This document shows positions 40,820-53,702 of a stretch of 64,000 bases of DNA, in pieces. Below the pieces are notes generated by a model. That model saw only the letters and a program-made list of their open reading frames with translations, made no database searches and was not told the DNA's origin. Within the stretch, counting starts at the first letter, position 1, and the number at the start of each line of letters is the position of its first letter. The position numbers and the translations under genes were made by a program. Origin of the DNA: Octopus sinensis (Eukaryota); contig NC_043001.1 in NCBI RefSeq assembly GCF_006345805.1, forward strand, positions 27,342,001-27,406,000, given 5' to 3'.

Positions 40820-42199
40820 GGACACAGAAAAAACAAGGAGAGAAAAAAAATGTGTGTAGTGGCTAACGATCTATCATGGCGACTGATAAGACTATTACAG
40901 TAATCTTCAAGTTGCTGAATGTGATTGAGAGTGATTTCGCATATAGCTGCCCGAACTATAAGGGTTAAAGTTTGCTGCAGCAAAAAACGAGTTTCACTAT
41001 GTAGATGGTTCAAAAACGTGTCTTAGTGCAGCATGTGATAATTATATAGGGTACTATTTTTTGTTCACTGTTGTTCATTGCAGAGAGATAAGGAGCCCTG
41101 AGACAGTTTGCACAATCAATGACGTTTTTAATTTATTCTTCTTGAAAAGGAAAGTGAGAGTAGAGAGGAAAGTTTTGTCTAGCGAATGTTTCAAAAAAAG
41201 ATGGGTGAATGTAGCAAGGATGGCATGTATGAATGACGAAGCCACTTTGAGCATAATCCTATGAACCCGGAAAAATTTAAAACAGAGTTACTTACTTGCA
41301 AATAAATGTATTAACATGTGACATTATTGACCAAGGTTACCGTGGTCTTTTCTATAGGCTTTCCTTTCCACAGATAAACCTTATCTGCTTCCCCCTTTAC
41401 ACTTTACATCATGACATTTCTGTGATAAATGGTCCCTATTGATAATTTTTTCTTTCTTTTTTACAATCCCTTTTGATCAAAAACCTACCCCAACTTATTA
41501 TCTTTTTTTTTTCTCCCCCAAAAGAAAAGCTCTACTTTGTAATTTGTCCCCTCTGTGTTCAGCCCTGTGTGGCTAATAAAGAAACATATTTCTTTCTGTA
41601 AGCCAAATGTAGTACCTGAAAGAGCATTATGTTTGTGCATTATTTTGCTTCTTTACTGTATTTATGCGTGATGTGAATGCTGCATGTGACTCCAATAACT
41701 TTTGTCATGTGTGTGTTCAATGTAATGGTTGGTTGTGCTTGATGTTCTATGGTGTTTCTGAAAAGATGGAGGGTTGAAGAATTGTTGCTCTGGAGCCAAG
41801 TTTTTAGATGGTTTATGTGGGGTTGGAGTAGTGTAACTTCGGTGAATGGTGAGAAAATGGTTGTGTGATGCCACTTGAGTATGATGTTGTATGTATATTT
41901 TGAAGTGTAGGAAGGTTGTGTATGAGTAGGTTAAAAAGGGTAGGCTAGAGGGTGGCTCCATGAAATATTTCAATCTGGAAATTAGGGGCCATAGAAATAG
42001 GGACGGGTGGTGAAGTGATACTGGCATGTATGGTACAGAGATGAATGATAAGGGGGCTGTGTGTGAGAGAGGGAGGAGTGATTGAGATATTAGAGATGAG
42101 AAAGTACCAAAGAGGTTGATGCAGACATATTAGTAAACATACACAGATTACACACACACATGCACACGCACACACGGAATGCACACACATATATATGAT

Positions 42200-42581
42200 G
42201 GAAGCACTCCGTCGGTTACGACGACGAGGGTTCCGGTTGATCCGAATCAACGGAACAGCCTGCTCGTGAAATTAACGTGTAAGTGGCTGAGCACTCCACA
42301 GACACGTGTACCCTTAACGTAGTTCTCGGGGATATTCAGCGTGACACAGAGAGTGACAAGGCCGGCCCTTTGAAATACAGGTACAACAGAAACAGGAAGT
42401 AAGAGTGAGAGAAAGTTGTGGTGAAAGAGTACAGCAGGGATCACCACCATCCCCTGCCGGAGCCGCGTGGAGCTTTAGGTGTTTTCGCTCAATAAACACT
42501 CACAACGCCTGGTCTGGGAATCGAAACCGCGATCCTATGACCGTGAGTCCGCTGCCCTAACCACTGGGCCATTGCGCCTCC
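42200..42581 (-). mobile_element. tRNA-derived SINE, family C; other copies at about 50945-51240 (+), 54495-54795 and 63770-64000 (-)
   Basis: Head GGAGGCGCAATGGCCCAGTGGTTAGGGCAGCGGACTC...GGTTTCGATTCCC is tRNA-like, with A and B boxes. Confidence 0.82.
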
Positions 42582-44505
42582 ACGACACATATATATACAC
42601 ATATGGAAATAAATATCATGGCTGGCAATTTTAAAGGACATTTTAGACAAAACCAAAATGGCTTTGATTATGATTAGATCAAAGCCCCAGGAGTTCTTTA
42701 GTGCAAATGACCTAACCATTTGCAATGCAAACTTCAGGAAACCAGCCACCTGGTAACCTACCAATCAAGCAAACACAAAGCCATATTGTATTCTCACCAA
42801 TAACCAAGACAGGAAGATGGCTATAAAAGTAGACTTCCCAGATAAATAATGTATCGTCCAACATAAATTAGTAATTAGTGACTAAAGAGTAAAAGCAAGA
42901 TGGACACTGAGGCAAAATACAATTTGGGGGAGGACAACGTGGAAGCTGAAATAACTATCGACTGGTCTTATGTTTAGTGAAGTTCTGGTTGGTGCTTCTG
43001 ACAGAAATAAGGGAGAGAGAGAGAGAGAGAGAGAGATTTATAGCATTGAAGAAAAGTAGGAGTTTCTAATGAGACAACCTGTTGGAAACTAAAGACCAAG
43101 TCTGTGGCTGGTGAAAGGTCCCAATTAGATGTAAGGTGACCTAGTTATGGAATAGCACTGAAGATAGAGCAATAAAATTTAAGAGTAGAAAAGTGGGCAG
43201 GAGAGAAAAATATCAATTAGCTTTAAAGAGAAGCTAGATATCAGTTACGTATAATAGAGGCAGAAAACAAGAGGTTTGTGACATTAGGATGAAAGGCAAG
43301 AGATGTTCCAGATTGCTTGCCAGAGTACAGGAGAAAAATCAAGATATTATTGAGAAGTGAGGGAAAAAATGAAAGACTCACTCACTCTTACTAATGCTCA
43401 AAAGAAAGAGGCATTTAAATCTTACTATGTGCAGAATGCATGAGAAAGAGGGAGTTCTTATAAAGTAGAACTGACAAAGAAACCAACTATTCATGTTGAC
43501 CGTAGAATGGTAGATAAAGCAATTAAAGATATGAAGGCAGAGAAAGCAGTTGGTTTACCAAGTATAGTTGTGAAGGTGCATAAACTATCTGATGAAGTAG
43601 AGTATGAGGTAATCAATCAAGTTATACAAGGTAATGACATACGGAATGGTTAGCATAGCAGCATCAACATAAAACTGCTACAAGAGGAAAGGAGATGCAC
43701 AAGTAGGAAGAAACCATAGAAGCATCAAAATGTTGGATCAGGATATGAAAGGTACAGAAGTAATTGTGAAAATGATTAGAAAGAGGATTAGCTTGGATGA
43801 GATGCAAATTTGATTTTGTGCTAGAAATAGACTGTGAAGCTAAAAATTATTAAATCATTGGGTTCTCAACAACCTGGAGACAATAAGCAAATCCTGATAG
43901 TGGCTTTAATGTAACATAAAACTAATCAATTATTCAACTCCATTTTTCTCTTTGGTTTATCCACAGGCTCTTCTTTTAACAGAGAAGCTAAGAATATTTG
44001 ATTATTAAACATATAATCGTAAATATTTACAAATGTGTACACATATATACGTATAGGTATGTGCATGTATAATATATATATAAACATACAAATAAACTGA
44101 TAAGAAAAAATATGTACCAACCTACCTAGATCAATGTTTGTCAAATATGTAAACATGATAGAAACTTTTATACCATAGCTTAGGCAGACCTATCTTTAAA
44201 ACCTTTTATTATAGAATTTATTAGATTCAGATATCAAAACTGATTTGTAACAGATCTGTATGAGATAGTAATATTGATGTAATCTAGGGCAGTGAGCTAG
44301 CAGAATTGTTAGCATGAGGGGCAAAATGCTTAGTGGCATTTTGTCCAGCTTTGCATTCTGAGTTCAAATTTTACTGAGGTTGACTCAGCCTTTCATCTTT
44401 CCAGGATCAATAAACTGCTGGCCTTGTGTCAAAATTTGAAACCAATATTTATGTGATCTATTCTCTTCATTTTAATATATTTTTAATTCCTAATTCTTTT
44501 CACAG

Positions 44506-44633
44506 GAGTCTATACACTTACTGGAGTGACCTCTTGGGGAAATGGTTGTGGCCAGCCGAGAAATCCTGGAGTTTATTCCAAAGTCCAAGAACTCCAACCT
44601 TGGATTGAGTTCATAATGAAAAAATATTCTTGA
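44506..44633 (+). CDS. Trypsin domain terminal exon with stop codon
   Basis: GVYTLTGVTSWGNGCGQPRNPGVYSKVQELQPWIEFIMKKYS* with TGA at 44631-44633. cacAG acceptor at 44504-44505. Confidence 0.95.
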
Positions 44634-44640
44634 GAACACA

Positions 44641-44947
44641 AATAAATGCTAACAATTGTAACTATTCAGCTACTAACTACACTGCAATGTCTTGTAAACA
44701 AAGTAACCTCCTCATAAAATCGAAAATGAACAAAGAGAATAAAACAATAGCTCCATTGATTTCACCAAGCCATAACTGGAAAATGTTCTTAGAAATGTCA
44801 TGAAAAATAATCAAAAGAGAAAACTGATATTTTGTAAAAAGAAAAATTTAATAAAATTCAGTCAAAAATAATGTTCACAGTATTCTTTGATATCTCCATT
44901 TCAGCTGTACATGTTTTCTTAATTTATGAACTGTTTTATACAATAAA
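44641..44947 (+). promoter_or_regulatory. Candidate polyadenylation signals of the protease gene
   Basis: AATAAA at 44641, 44738, 44850 and 44942, downstream of the stop. Which one is used is unknown. Confidence 0.45.
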
Positions 44948-45019
44948 ACTGCTGAATTAGTGATAAGGCCAGTAAAGATATTAAGGAAAATATTAAAGGT
45001 AAAATACTGAACAATGTAT

Positions 45020-45106
45020 TTATTTTTTGTTGAAAAATGACATCAAGGATGACTGCTTCTTCTGTCCTTTATCAGGAACACTTGTTTTCGAGACAGGTTT
45101 CTTGAG
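45020..45106 (-). CDS. POLD3: DNA polymerase delta subunit 3, terminal exon with PCNA-binding PIP box
   Basis: LKKPVSKTSVPDKGQKKQSSLMSFFNKK*. QxxLxxFF is a PIP box at the extreme C-terminus, as in POLD3/Cdc27/Pol32. Acceptor tttttAG; phase 0. Confidence 0.93.
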   Translation of the reverse strand, partial: LKKPVSKTSVPDKGQKKQSSLMSFFNKK

Positions 45107-47152
45107 CTAAAAATAAGAAGAAGAATAAATAACAGTATACATATGGAGGTAAAAACAACACAAAAACAACTTGAGGTCAATTTTGACTTTTATCCTTTCA
45201 GAATGATAAAAAAAGATACCAATGCAAAATGGTGGTTTGGTGGAACTGTAAGAATGGACGCCTTGTGATATTTGTTCTGACTCTTTGCATTCTGAGTTCA
45301 AATCTCACCTAGGTAGTAGACTTAACTCATCGCCCAGTTTAACACAATCGACTGACATGTTAAGTGCCTTTAGATTGGATTGGATTGCCTGTGACCAGTC
45401 CACTGCAGGACAAAGATCTCAGCATGTTCTCTCCACCGACCACGGTCTGATGTGGAGGCCGTGAATTTGAACTCGAGATCATACTGGTTTGCTGAGATTA
45501 CTGTACCACTCTGGATTGAAATGGCTTGGTTTGAAGATACACTCCTCCTTTCTGCTAGTCGTGGAGGTCTTGTGTCATTTTTTATCTTTCAGTCAAGAAA
45601 GAAAGCTTTCCCTCATCATCATCATCATCATCATTTATCGTCCACTGTCCATGCTGACATGGGTTAGACGATTTGACCAGGGCTGTTAAGCTGGAAGGCA
45701 GAACCAGACTCCAGTCTGATTTGGCAAGGTTTCTATGGCTGGATGCCCTTCCTAATGCCAGCCACTCTGAGAGTGTAATGGGTGCTTTTACGTGCCATTT
45801 GCATGACACCAGTATCTGCCACAACTGCAATTTTACTTGGCTTGATGGCTCTTCTTCTCAAGCACAGCATAACACCAAAGGTCTTGGTCATTCGTCATAA
45901 AACAAAAAATAAAACCCTGCTTTTTTAAGTAGAGATGCATTAGGTAACATCATCTTAAGTTTGCCTTATAAAGATGGCATGGTAACAGCTACAATGTCTT
46001 TTATGATAAAATCTGCTTTATTAGAGTCGAACTGATACAATAAAAAGAATTATTTCAAACCATTTTTTTTAACATAGAATTTAAGCAAAAGTTAGTAGGG
46101 AATCTGAACTTGCTTCAAACCGATGGAAGTTCACCTGCAAACTGATGAAAACCTTGCTACAAAGAGCAGTTGTTTATAGATGTTTTGAGAAACTCTAGTA
46201 CTACTACATACAGCTTGTTCATTTAATGTCCATTTTTCCATGTTAGTATGGACTGGGCAGGGACTTATTTGAGACAGGGTTTTGCAGCTGGATGCTGTTC
46301 CTATCATCAACACTCACCAGTTTTTCAAGTAAGTGATTTTTTTATATTACACACATCTTTAGAAGCTTAAGGCAACAAGTAACTTAAGCATCGTTGGTGC
46401 AGGCTTGACTGTGAGGTAAGAAGCTTGCTGCTCGACCACATGGTTCTGGGTTCAGTCCCACTGTGTGGCATCTTGCACAAGTGTCTTGGTAAATGGAAAC
46501 TGAAAGAAGCCATTCATAGGTGTGTGTGTGTGTTTGTCCCCACCAATCACTTGACAACTGGTGTTGGTGTACATCCTTGTACTGTAACAGTTCAGCCAAC
46601 GACCTCGCTTGAATGTTTTTTTCACGAGCCACCAGCACAAGTGCCAGTAAGGCGACACAGGTAATGGTCACGCTCGAATGGTGCTTTTTACGTGCCACCA
46701 ACACAGAAGCCAGTTTGTTGTTCTGGCAACGATCACGCTCGGATGGTACTCTTAGTGCTCCACTAGCACAGATGCCACTCATTGAATTTGATTTCGATTT
46801 CACTTGCCTCAACAGGTGTTCGCATGCAGAGTTTAGTGTCCAATGAAAGAAAGGTACGCATAAGTGGGCTGGTTACACCCCTGGCATAGGCCACGAGGTT
46901 ATGGTCTCACTTGGCTTGCCAAGTCTTCTCAAGCACAGCATATTTCCAAAGGTCCATGTCACTAGTCATTAAAATTTTGCAATGAAAACCCATGGTAACA
47001 TTAAATTTATGATATAACTGTTGTTAGAAGCAGCACTTAAATTACAGTAATCAATACTGAACTCAAGAAATAAAACACCTTACGTACTCCAATGATGAAT
47101 TAACATGAATTCAAACCAACTTTATGAGTTGTAAAGTTAAGACAACACTCAC

Positions 47153-47262
47153 CTGAGCAGCTGACAGTACAAGAGGTGCAGCTGTTGTTGGAGGTTTAGA
47201 GTTTTTTTCTGTTTCCTCATCAGAGACATCAGTTGAGTCACTGACCATAACTTTCTTTGTCA
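47153..47262 (-). CDS. POLD3: DNA polymerase delta subunit 3 exon
   Basis: VTKKVMVSDSTDVSDEETEKNSKPPTTAAPLVLSAAQ continues the D-x-EG-x-x-VT motif (human ...DGEGCIVTEKVYESES...). GTGAGT donor; phase 1-0. Confidence 0.92.
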
Positions 47263-50200
47263 CTGAAACAATAAATTAAATTAAATTTATTAATAGTAAT
47301 TAATAGTAATTTGAAAATCTTTAGCAACATGATCATAAAAATGCATTGCTAAGCTTACATTTTGCAGAACTCAATCTGAGTTTCATGTTTCTAACAACAA
47401 CAATGAATATACATTTTTGCAAAGTAAGATGAGCTAAGAGATAAAGATTTTTTATTACAATGAAATGGCCAATGAACAAGGTATTAAACTACCGGCTTGT
47501 GGATTATGAGATGATATTAGATGCTGGTATTTCATTCCAACTTTTGTCAGGACATTTAATTCTGTATACTGTATATTCAGTTCATTTTGCTACCATAAAA
47601 GACATTCAGTTTTATTATGAATAGTATCATCAGTAAGTTAGTGATCTAAAAAGGTGTGACAGAGAAATTTTACCTATCAACTTGCAAAAAATAGCAACCA
47701 AATAGTGATCAAGTAGTCAGATTGTATGGTGAAAATTTAAAGTGAGCTTTAGAAGAGATTTGGTCAAATATTTAGGATATGTTACAGGTGTTATCAAATA
47801 CTAATGAAGCCTGAGATACCTGTAATGTCAAGGCACTGTACTGCCAACAGAACGTAAAATCAGTAGTAAAGATTGTTATTAAACAAGATGAACAATCATT
47901 AACAAATATTCTCATTAAAATCATGCTTGCAGGAACTTCTTGTACTGGCATTGGTTGGACAAATCTAGTACAACCATAACACTTTTCTCAATACTGTAAC
48001 ATCTCATCAGTGAAGTCCAAAATCCTGAAATTTGACCAGAGTCAATACACTCAATGCACTGCTATAGCCCAAGGCTGTAGTAGAGGCCCAAGGTGCCATG
48101 CAATGGAACTGAACCTGAAACTATGTGGTTGGGAAGCAAGCTTATTACCACACAGCCATGCTGCAATTTCACTCAGCCTTTGCAGTCCTTCATCATCATC
48201 ATCATCGTTTAACGTTCTCCATGCTACCATGGGTTAGACGGTTCGACCGGGGATCTGGGAAGCCAGAAGGCTGCACCAGGCTCCAGTCTGATCTGGCAGT
48301 GTTTCTACAGCTGGATGCCCTTCCTAACGCCAACCACTCCGTGAGTGTAGTGGGTGCTTTTTACATGCCACCAGCACAGGTGCTAGGCGAGGCTGGCAAC
48401 GGCCACGATCGGATTGGTGCTTTTTACGTGCCACCGGCACGGAAGCCAGTCAAGGCGGCGCTGGCATCGACAGTTATATTTCTTGCATACATTAACTGAC
48501 ACTCACATGTCAAAACCACTTTATCTTTCATGCAAATTAACACTGCAGAGCCAAGAGAATTAAAAAAAAAATATTTATGAGGCAGAAACATGTTATAAGC
48601 TGCCCCATGGTCACCATCACCTATTTTACTGAAATAATTTGAAATAACATTTCAATAAAATAGTGACGGTTACTGCTCAATTTCTGACAGTAAATGGTCG
48701 TCGTATTTAATGTAAATTCACATTTTTTATATCAGCAGTTACATAGTAGAAGACGATGGTACAAATTTGTTTCATTCACTAAATCTTTAGAGGAGAATAT
48801 TTGTTGAGGTATCAGTTTTGTTAGATTCTGTTTGATTAGAACCATAAAATTTTGTTCTGACATTAACAGCTTAATAAAGATATACTGTCAACTCTTCTCA
48901 TTGCTTTCTCTTTCAAATGAATGTTTGACATTTCAAAAGCATCAACACCAACTAAAATGATTATCCTAAATTCGGTACACAGCCAGAAATTCAGCAGGAA
49001 GAGTACAGTTGATTATATCAACTACGGAAAGGTGACGAGCTGACAGAAACGTTAGCAAGCTGGGCGAAATGCGTAGCCGTATTTCGTCTGCCATTACGTT
49101 CTGAGTTCAAATTCCGCTGAGGTCGACTTTGCCTTTCATCTTTTCGGGGTCGATAAATTAAGTACCAGTTACGCACTGGGGTCGATATAATCGACTTAAT
49201 CCATTTGTCTGTCCTTGTTTGTCACCTCTGTGGTTAGCCCCTTGTGGGTAATAAAGTAATATATATCAACCACGGAGAGAGAGAGAAAAAGCAAAATTGA
49301 CTTTGGCAAGATTTGAACTCAGAACAAATATTGCCCAACATATTTCCAGACACATTAATTCATCAATGATATAATTATCCTCATTTTAACATCTAGTTTT
49401 TCCATACTTGCACCACTGAAACAGAGTTTAATGAAGCAGATTTTCTATGGTCAGGTACCTTTCCTGTTCCCAACCCTCACATGTTTCCAAGAAAGGTTAT
49501 ATTTCTCCATGGCTGGACAAGATTTTGCAGAATATTGGAAATGAACGACATTGCTTATATTACATTGATATGACAATGACATCCATTTACAACTATCATA
49601 TCAGATGACTACGAAACACACACACACATATAAAGGGAATCTTTCAGTTTCCATCTACCAAACCCACTCACAAGACTTTGGTCAGCCTGGGACTGAACTT
49701 GTAACCATGTGGTTGGGAATCAAACTTCTGAAGCACGCAGGTATACCTGTGCTTAATGATTCTGCCAATTCAATCATTAACATCAAAACAGTAAACAGTT
49801 ACTAATAAGGTAATATTTTTGTACAAGACATAAACGGCATTAGGGGTAATGGCAAAGGAATTCCACAGGAAAGAATATACCTTTTATCTTTTAGTCACTG
49901 GACTGCAGCCCAGCCAAGGCAGCACCTTGAAGGGTTTAGTCAAACAAACTGACCCCTACTATTTACTTTTTTAAGTCTGCTACTTAGTCTGTTCATCTCT
50001 TTTGCCAAACTGCTAAGTTTAAGGGACCTACATAAACAGTAACTGAATCAATGAGGGGACAACCACAAAGACACATACACATACAAAGACACAGTTACCA
50101 CCCAATAAATTCACTCACAAGGCATCGGTTGGACTGCAGTTAATATAGAAGACATAAACCCAGGGTGATGCATAGTGGGACTGAACCGAAAACCATTTAG

Positions 50201-50293
50201 TTGCAAAGCAAATTTCTTAACAACAGTCATACCTGCACATATATACAGAAAAATCACATTCTTCAAAGTAAGAAAAACCAAAAAAATACAGAC

Positions 50294-50536
50294 CCATAAA
50301 ACCTTCATCATCCAAAAACCTCTTGTTTTTCTGTCTTTTTATCCGTTTCCTTCGTTTTCCATCTTTATTAACGACAATTCTAGATTCTGTTTCTCTTGCT
50401 GCTGTTTCTTCAGTGTTTTGCTTACTGCCATTTTCTACAGCTGAACCTTCTTCCCTTGCGTCATCCTTGATATCAGCATCAGTGGGCATCATCTCTGGAC
50501 TAGGTGGACTTGGAAGTGGTTCCTCTGGTTCCATTT
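50294..50536 (-). CDS. POLD3: DNA polymerase delta subunit 3 exon (Pro-rich segment, basic cluster, DDEGFM motif)
   Basis: EMEPEEPLPSPPSPE...KDGKRRKRIKRQKNKRFLDDEGFM matches POLD3 KRKRKRVLKSKTYLDGEG; phase 1-1. Confidence 0.93.
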
Positions 50537-51256
50537 CTAAGAATAAATACATTTGAGATTCAATTCAAAATGAGCAGATATGAATGAACTAAGTGCAATG
50601 ATTAGAGAAATGTCAGAGAAGATTAAGTTGCTAAACTATTAATGCAGTAAACACTGATTCTACTTTTGCCATTAGCAAGGTAGATATAATTACTAGATGC
50701 TTTCATCTATTTCTCTTACTCTTCATCTACAGACAGATATTCAGCAATTTGGAAAGAAGTGTCAGTGACAGGAGAGGCATCCAGCCACAGAAAATCTGCT
50801 GCAACAAATTCCATTTGACTCATGCAAGTAAGGAAAAAAGATATGATGATATAATTTTCACATTTCCTTTTCATACTGGCACAGGTTAGACAGATTTGCT
50901 GGGGAAGTGGGCATAAAAATTATGATATATATATCATACACATGGTGGAGGCACATGGCCTAGTGGTTAGAGCAGCAGACTTGTAGTCGAGGGATCACAG
51001 GTTTGAATCTCAGACCAGGCGATGTGTGTGTTTATGAGCGAAACACCTAAGCTCCACGCGGCTCCAGCAGAATGGTGAACTTCTGCTGACTATTTTGCCA
51101 CAACTTTCTCTCACTCTTTCCTCCTGCATCTTGCAGCTCACCTGCGATAGACTGGCGTCCCATCCAGATGGGGAACCTATACGCTAAGGAAACCGGCCCT
51201 ATGAGCCAGGCATGGCTCGAGAAGGAACAAACAAACATACCATACACATATGTCAT

Positions 51257-51298
<42 letters not shown>

Positions 51299-51345
51299 AG
51301 ATTCAGTTTTTTTTCTTTCAATTAGAAACAAAATATAAACTATAC

Positions 51346-51408
51346 CTTCTTCACTACTGCTATTTTGGACTATGCGGTGCCGCTTCTTATCTTGGAACAA
51401 ATCATCTT
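51346..51408 (-). CDS. POLD3: POLD3 63-nt exon, duplicate copy B
   Basis: EDDLFQDKKRHRIVQNSSSEE with intact tgtAG and GTATAG sites; symmetric phase 1-1. Confidence 0.75.
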
Positions 51409-52329
51409 CTACATGAGGAAAAAAAATGTATAATTATATTTTTGCTTTGACAGAGATGCTTAAAATATATAAATGTTTTTAAAAGCTCAGTTTTATAAAT
51501 ACTAGGGTTCAGTTCTATTTTCAAGGAATTGCATGAAGGAGAGCTAAATCTTGGACCCGTATACAAGCAAGTAGTTCTATAAACTAATATATCATATGGT
51601 ATCCCTAATGACTGCTGCATATAGTGTCATCGTTTTAACATCCACTTTTCCTTGTTTGCATAGGTTGGACAGAGTTTACTGAGGTAGATTTTCTACAGCT
51701 AGGTTGCCCTTCCTGTTGCCAACCCATACATGTTTCCAAGCAAAGTAATATTTTCTCATGACCAGACATGTTTTCGCAGAATATTGGAAATGAATGACAG
51801 TCATTTACAGTAATCAATTAATATTAAGACAGGGAGACACAAATATACACACTCACATAAACATATGTACACACACACAATGGGATTCTTTCAGTTGTTT
51901 TTTTTTTTTCTTTATTGCCCAGAAGGGGCTAAACATAGAAGGGACAAACAAGGACAGACAAAGGGATTAAGTCGATTACACCGACTCCAGTGCGAAACTG
52001 GTACTTTATTTATCGACCCCGAAAGGATGAAAGGCAAAGTCGACCTCGGCGGAATTTGAACTTAGAACGTAACGACAGACAAAATACTGCTAAGCATTTC
52101 GCCCGGCGCGCTAACAAGTCTGCCAGCTCGCCGCCTTCTTTCAGTTGTTGTCTACCAAATTAATTAAGAAGGGCTATAGGAGAAGACACCCAAAGTATCA
52201 CACAGCAGGACAGAACCTGAAACCAATGTCGGTGGGAAACAAACTCCTTAACCACACAGCTATGCCTGCACCGAAATGTCTACCTGGATTAAATCAAGCT
52301 GACAGTAACCATCATTCCCCAAATTACAC

Positions 52330-53030
52330 TCTCTTGTTTGCTTGCTTGAGACAGCATTCACCCAGGGTGGGTTGAGCTGGCTTCATTCATCCTCAATGCT
52401 GCATCTCTCACAAACGCAGACCAGACCTGGCGATTTGAGGCAAACAACCGTGTGATCTCCAACCACTCCCTATTCCAGCGGCGAATGCCATAGACATGGG
52501 GGCCTAGTTTGGGTTCCAGATCAGCCTTGACTGCCATCAGCCAGGTTTTTCATTGTCCACCACATCGCTTTCGCCAACCCTGAAGGGGAACTGGAGCAAT
52601 TGCTTTGTAGATGAATTCTCGTGGTTGACAAAGGAGGGCATAACCCAGCCAATGCTAACATCTCATTAGGATGACTTGTCGGAAGGAGGTGATTTTGCAC
52701 TGGTGTCGCACCAAATTGTTGGAGACAAAGTGATGCCATCGGACATGAAGGATGCGGCGTAGACAGAGGTGGTCAAAGGATTCTAGTCGTTTAATATCTT
52801 CCACCCTCAGCGGCCATGACTCGCTGCTGTAAAGGAGAATCGTTCGCACTAGTGCTTGGTAGATCTGTACTTTGGTGGTCCATTGGATCTCAGATCTTGA
52901 CCAGAGTCGTTCATTGAGTTGGTTGAAGGCTTGGCGAGCGAGGTCGATTCGGGTTTTAATATCAGCCTCACTTTGACCTGTGGCTGTAATGATGGCACCA
53001 AGGTATTTGAAACTCTCAACCTCTTCAAGA
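52330..53030 (-). mobile_element. RTE/BovB-like LINE 3' fragment; inverted partial copy at about 53760-53996
   Basis: LEEVESFKYLG...DIKTRIDLARQAFNQL...LLYSSESWPL...LESFDHLCLRRIL, an RTE RT C-terminus. Confidence 0.85.
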
Positions 53031-53664
53031 ATACAGAGAGAAATTACACTCACGATTAAAAACGAGAATTAAGAAAAACAAAATACATTAATTTTAGTGT
53101 CCACCTATCTTTATAGCTTATAGCAAGTGATCCCTATTGATAACTTAGTGAACAAAAGCCTTTATGTCTTAACCACAAACATGTTAGTGCTTTGACTTGA
53201 TAGCAATGACGTTATTTTCAAATAATAAAAAAATGATGATGAAATACTTTGTTTTATTCCAGTGTGAAAGGACTCTAGTTAAGCACAATACAGGACTGGG
53301 TGAATTGTTAGGGTTAGGGTTTGTGAAGATGGAGGTATGAACACAATGGACATTGCATCAGACCATGAAGCACTAGGCATACAGCAAGTTATCAAGTGTG
53401 TCAAAATCATACTGTTAAGTTAAGGTTAACATATTTAACGTACTGAGCCTAAAATAATGTTTAATCAATTGAAATTACAGTCTAACGAACAAAGTCATTA
53501 ATGTTAATGTCAATAACTGTAAAAAAATTTTTTTTCAGATTAAAAAAAAAAACACGGAAAATAGAGAGAGAACTCTGAACTTTATACTGATTAACAACTG
53601 AGTGGTGGGAATACAGTGGGAAGAGAGTCTGATTTTTGGTAAATGCGGTGACCAAGAGATGATA

Positions 53665-53702
<38 letters not shown>

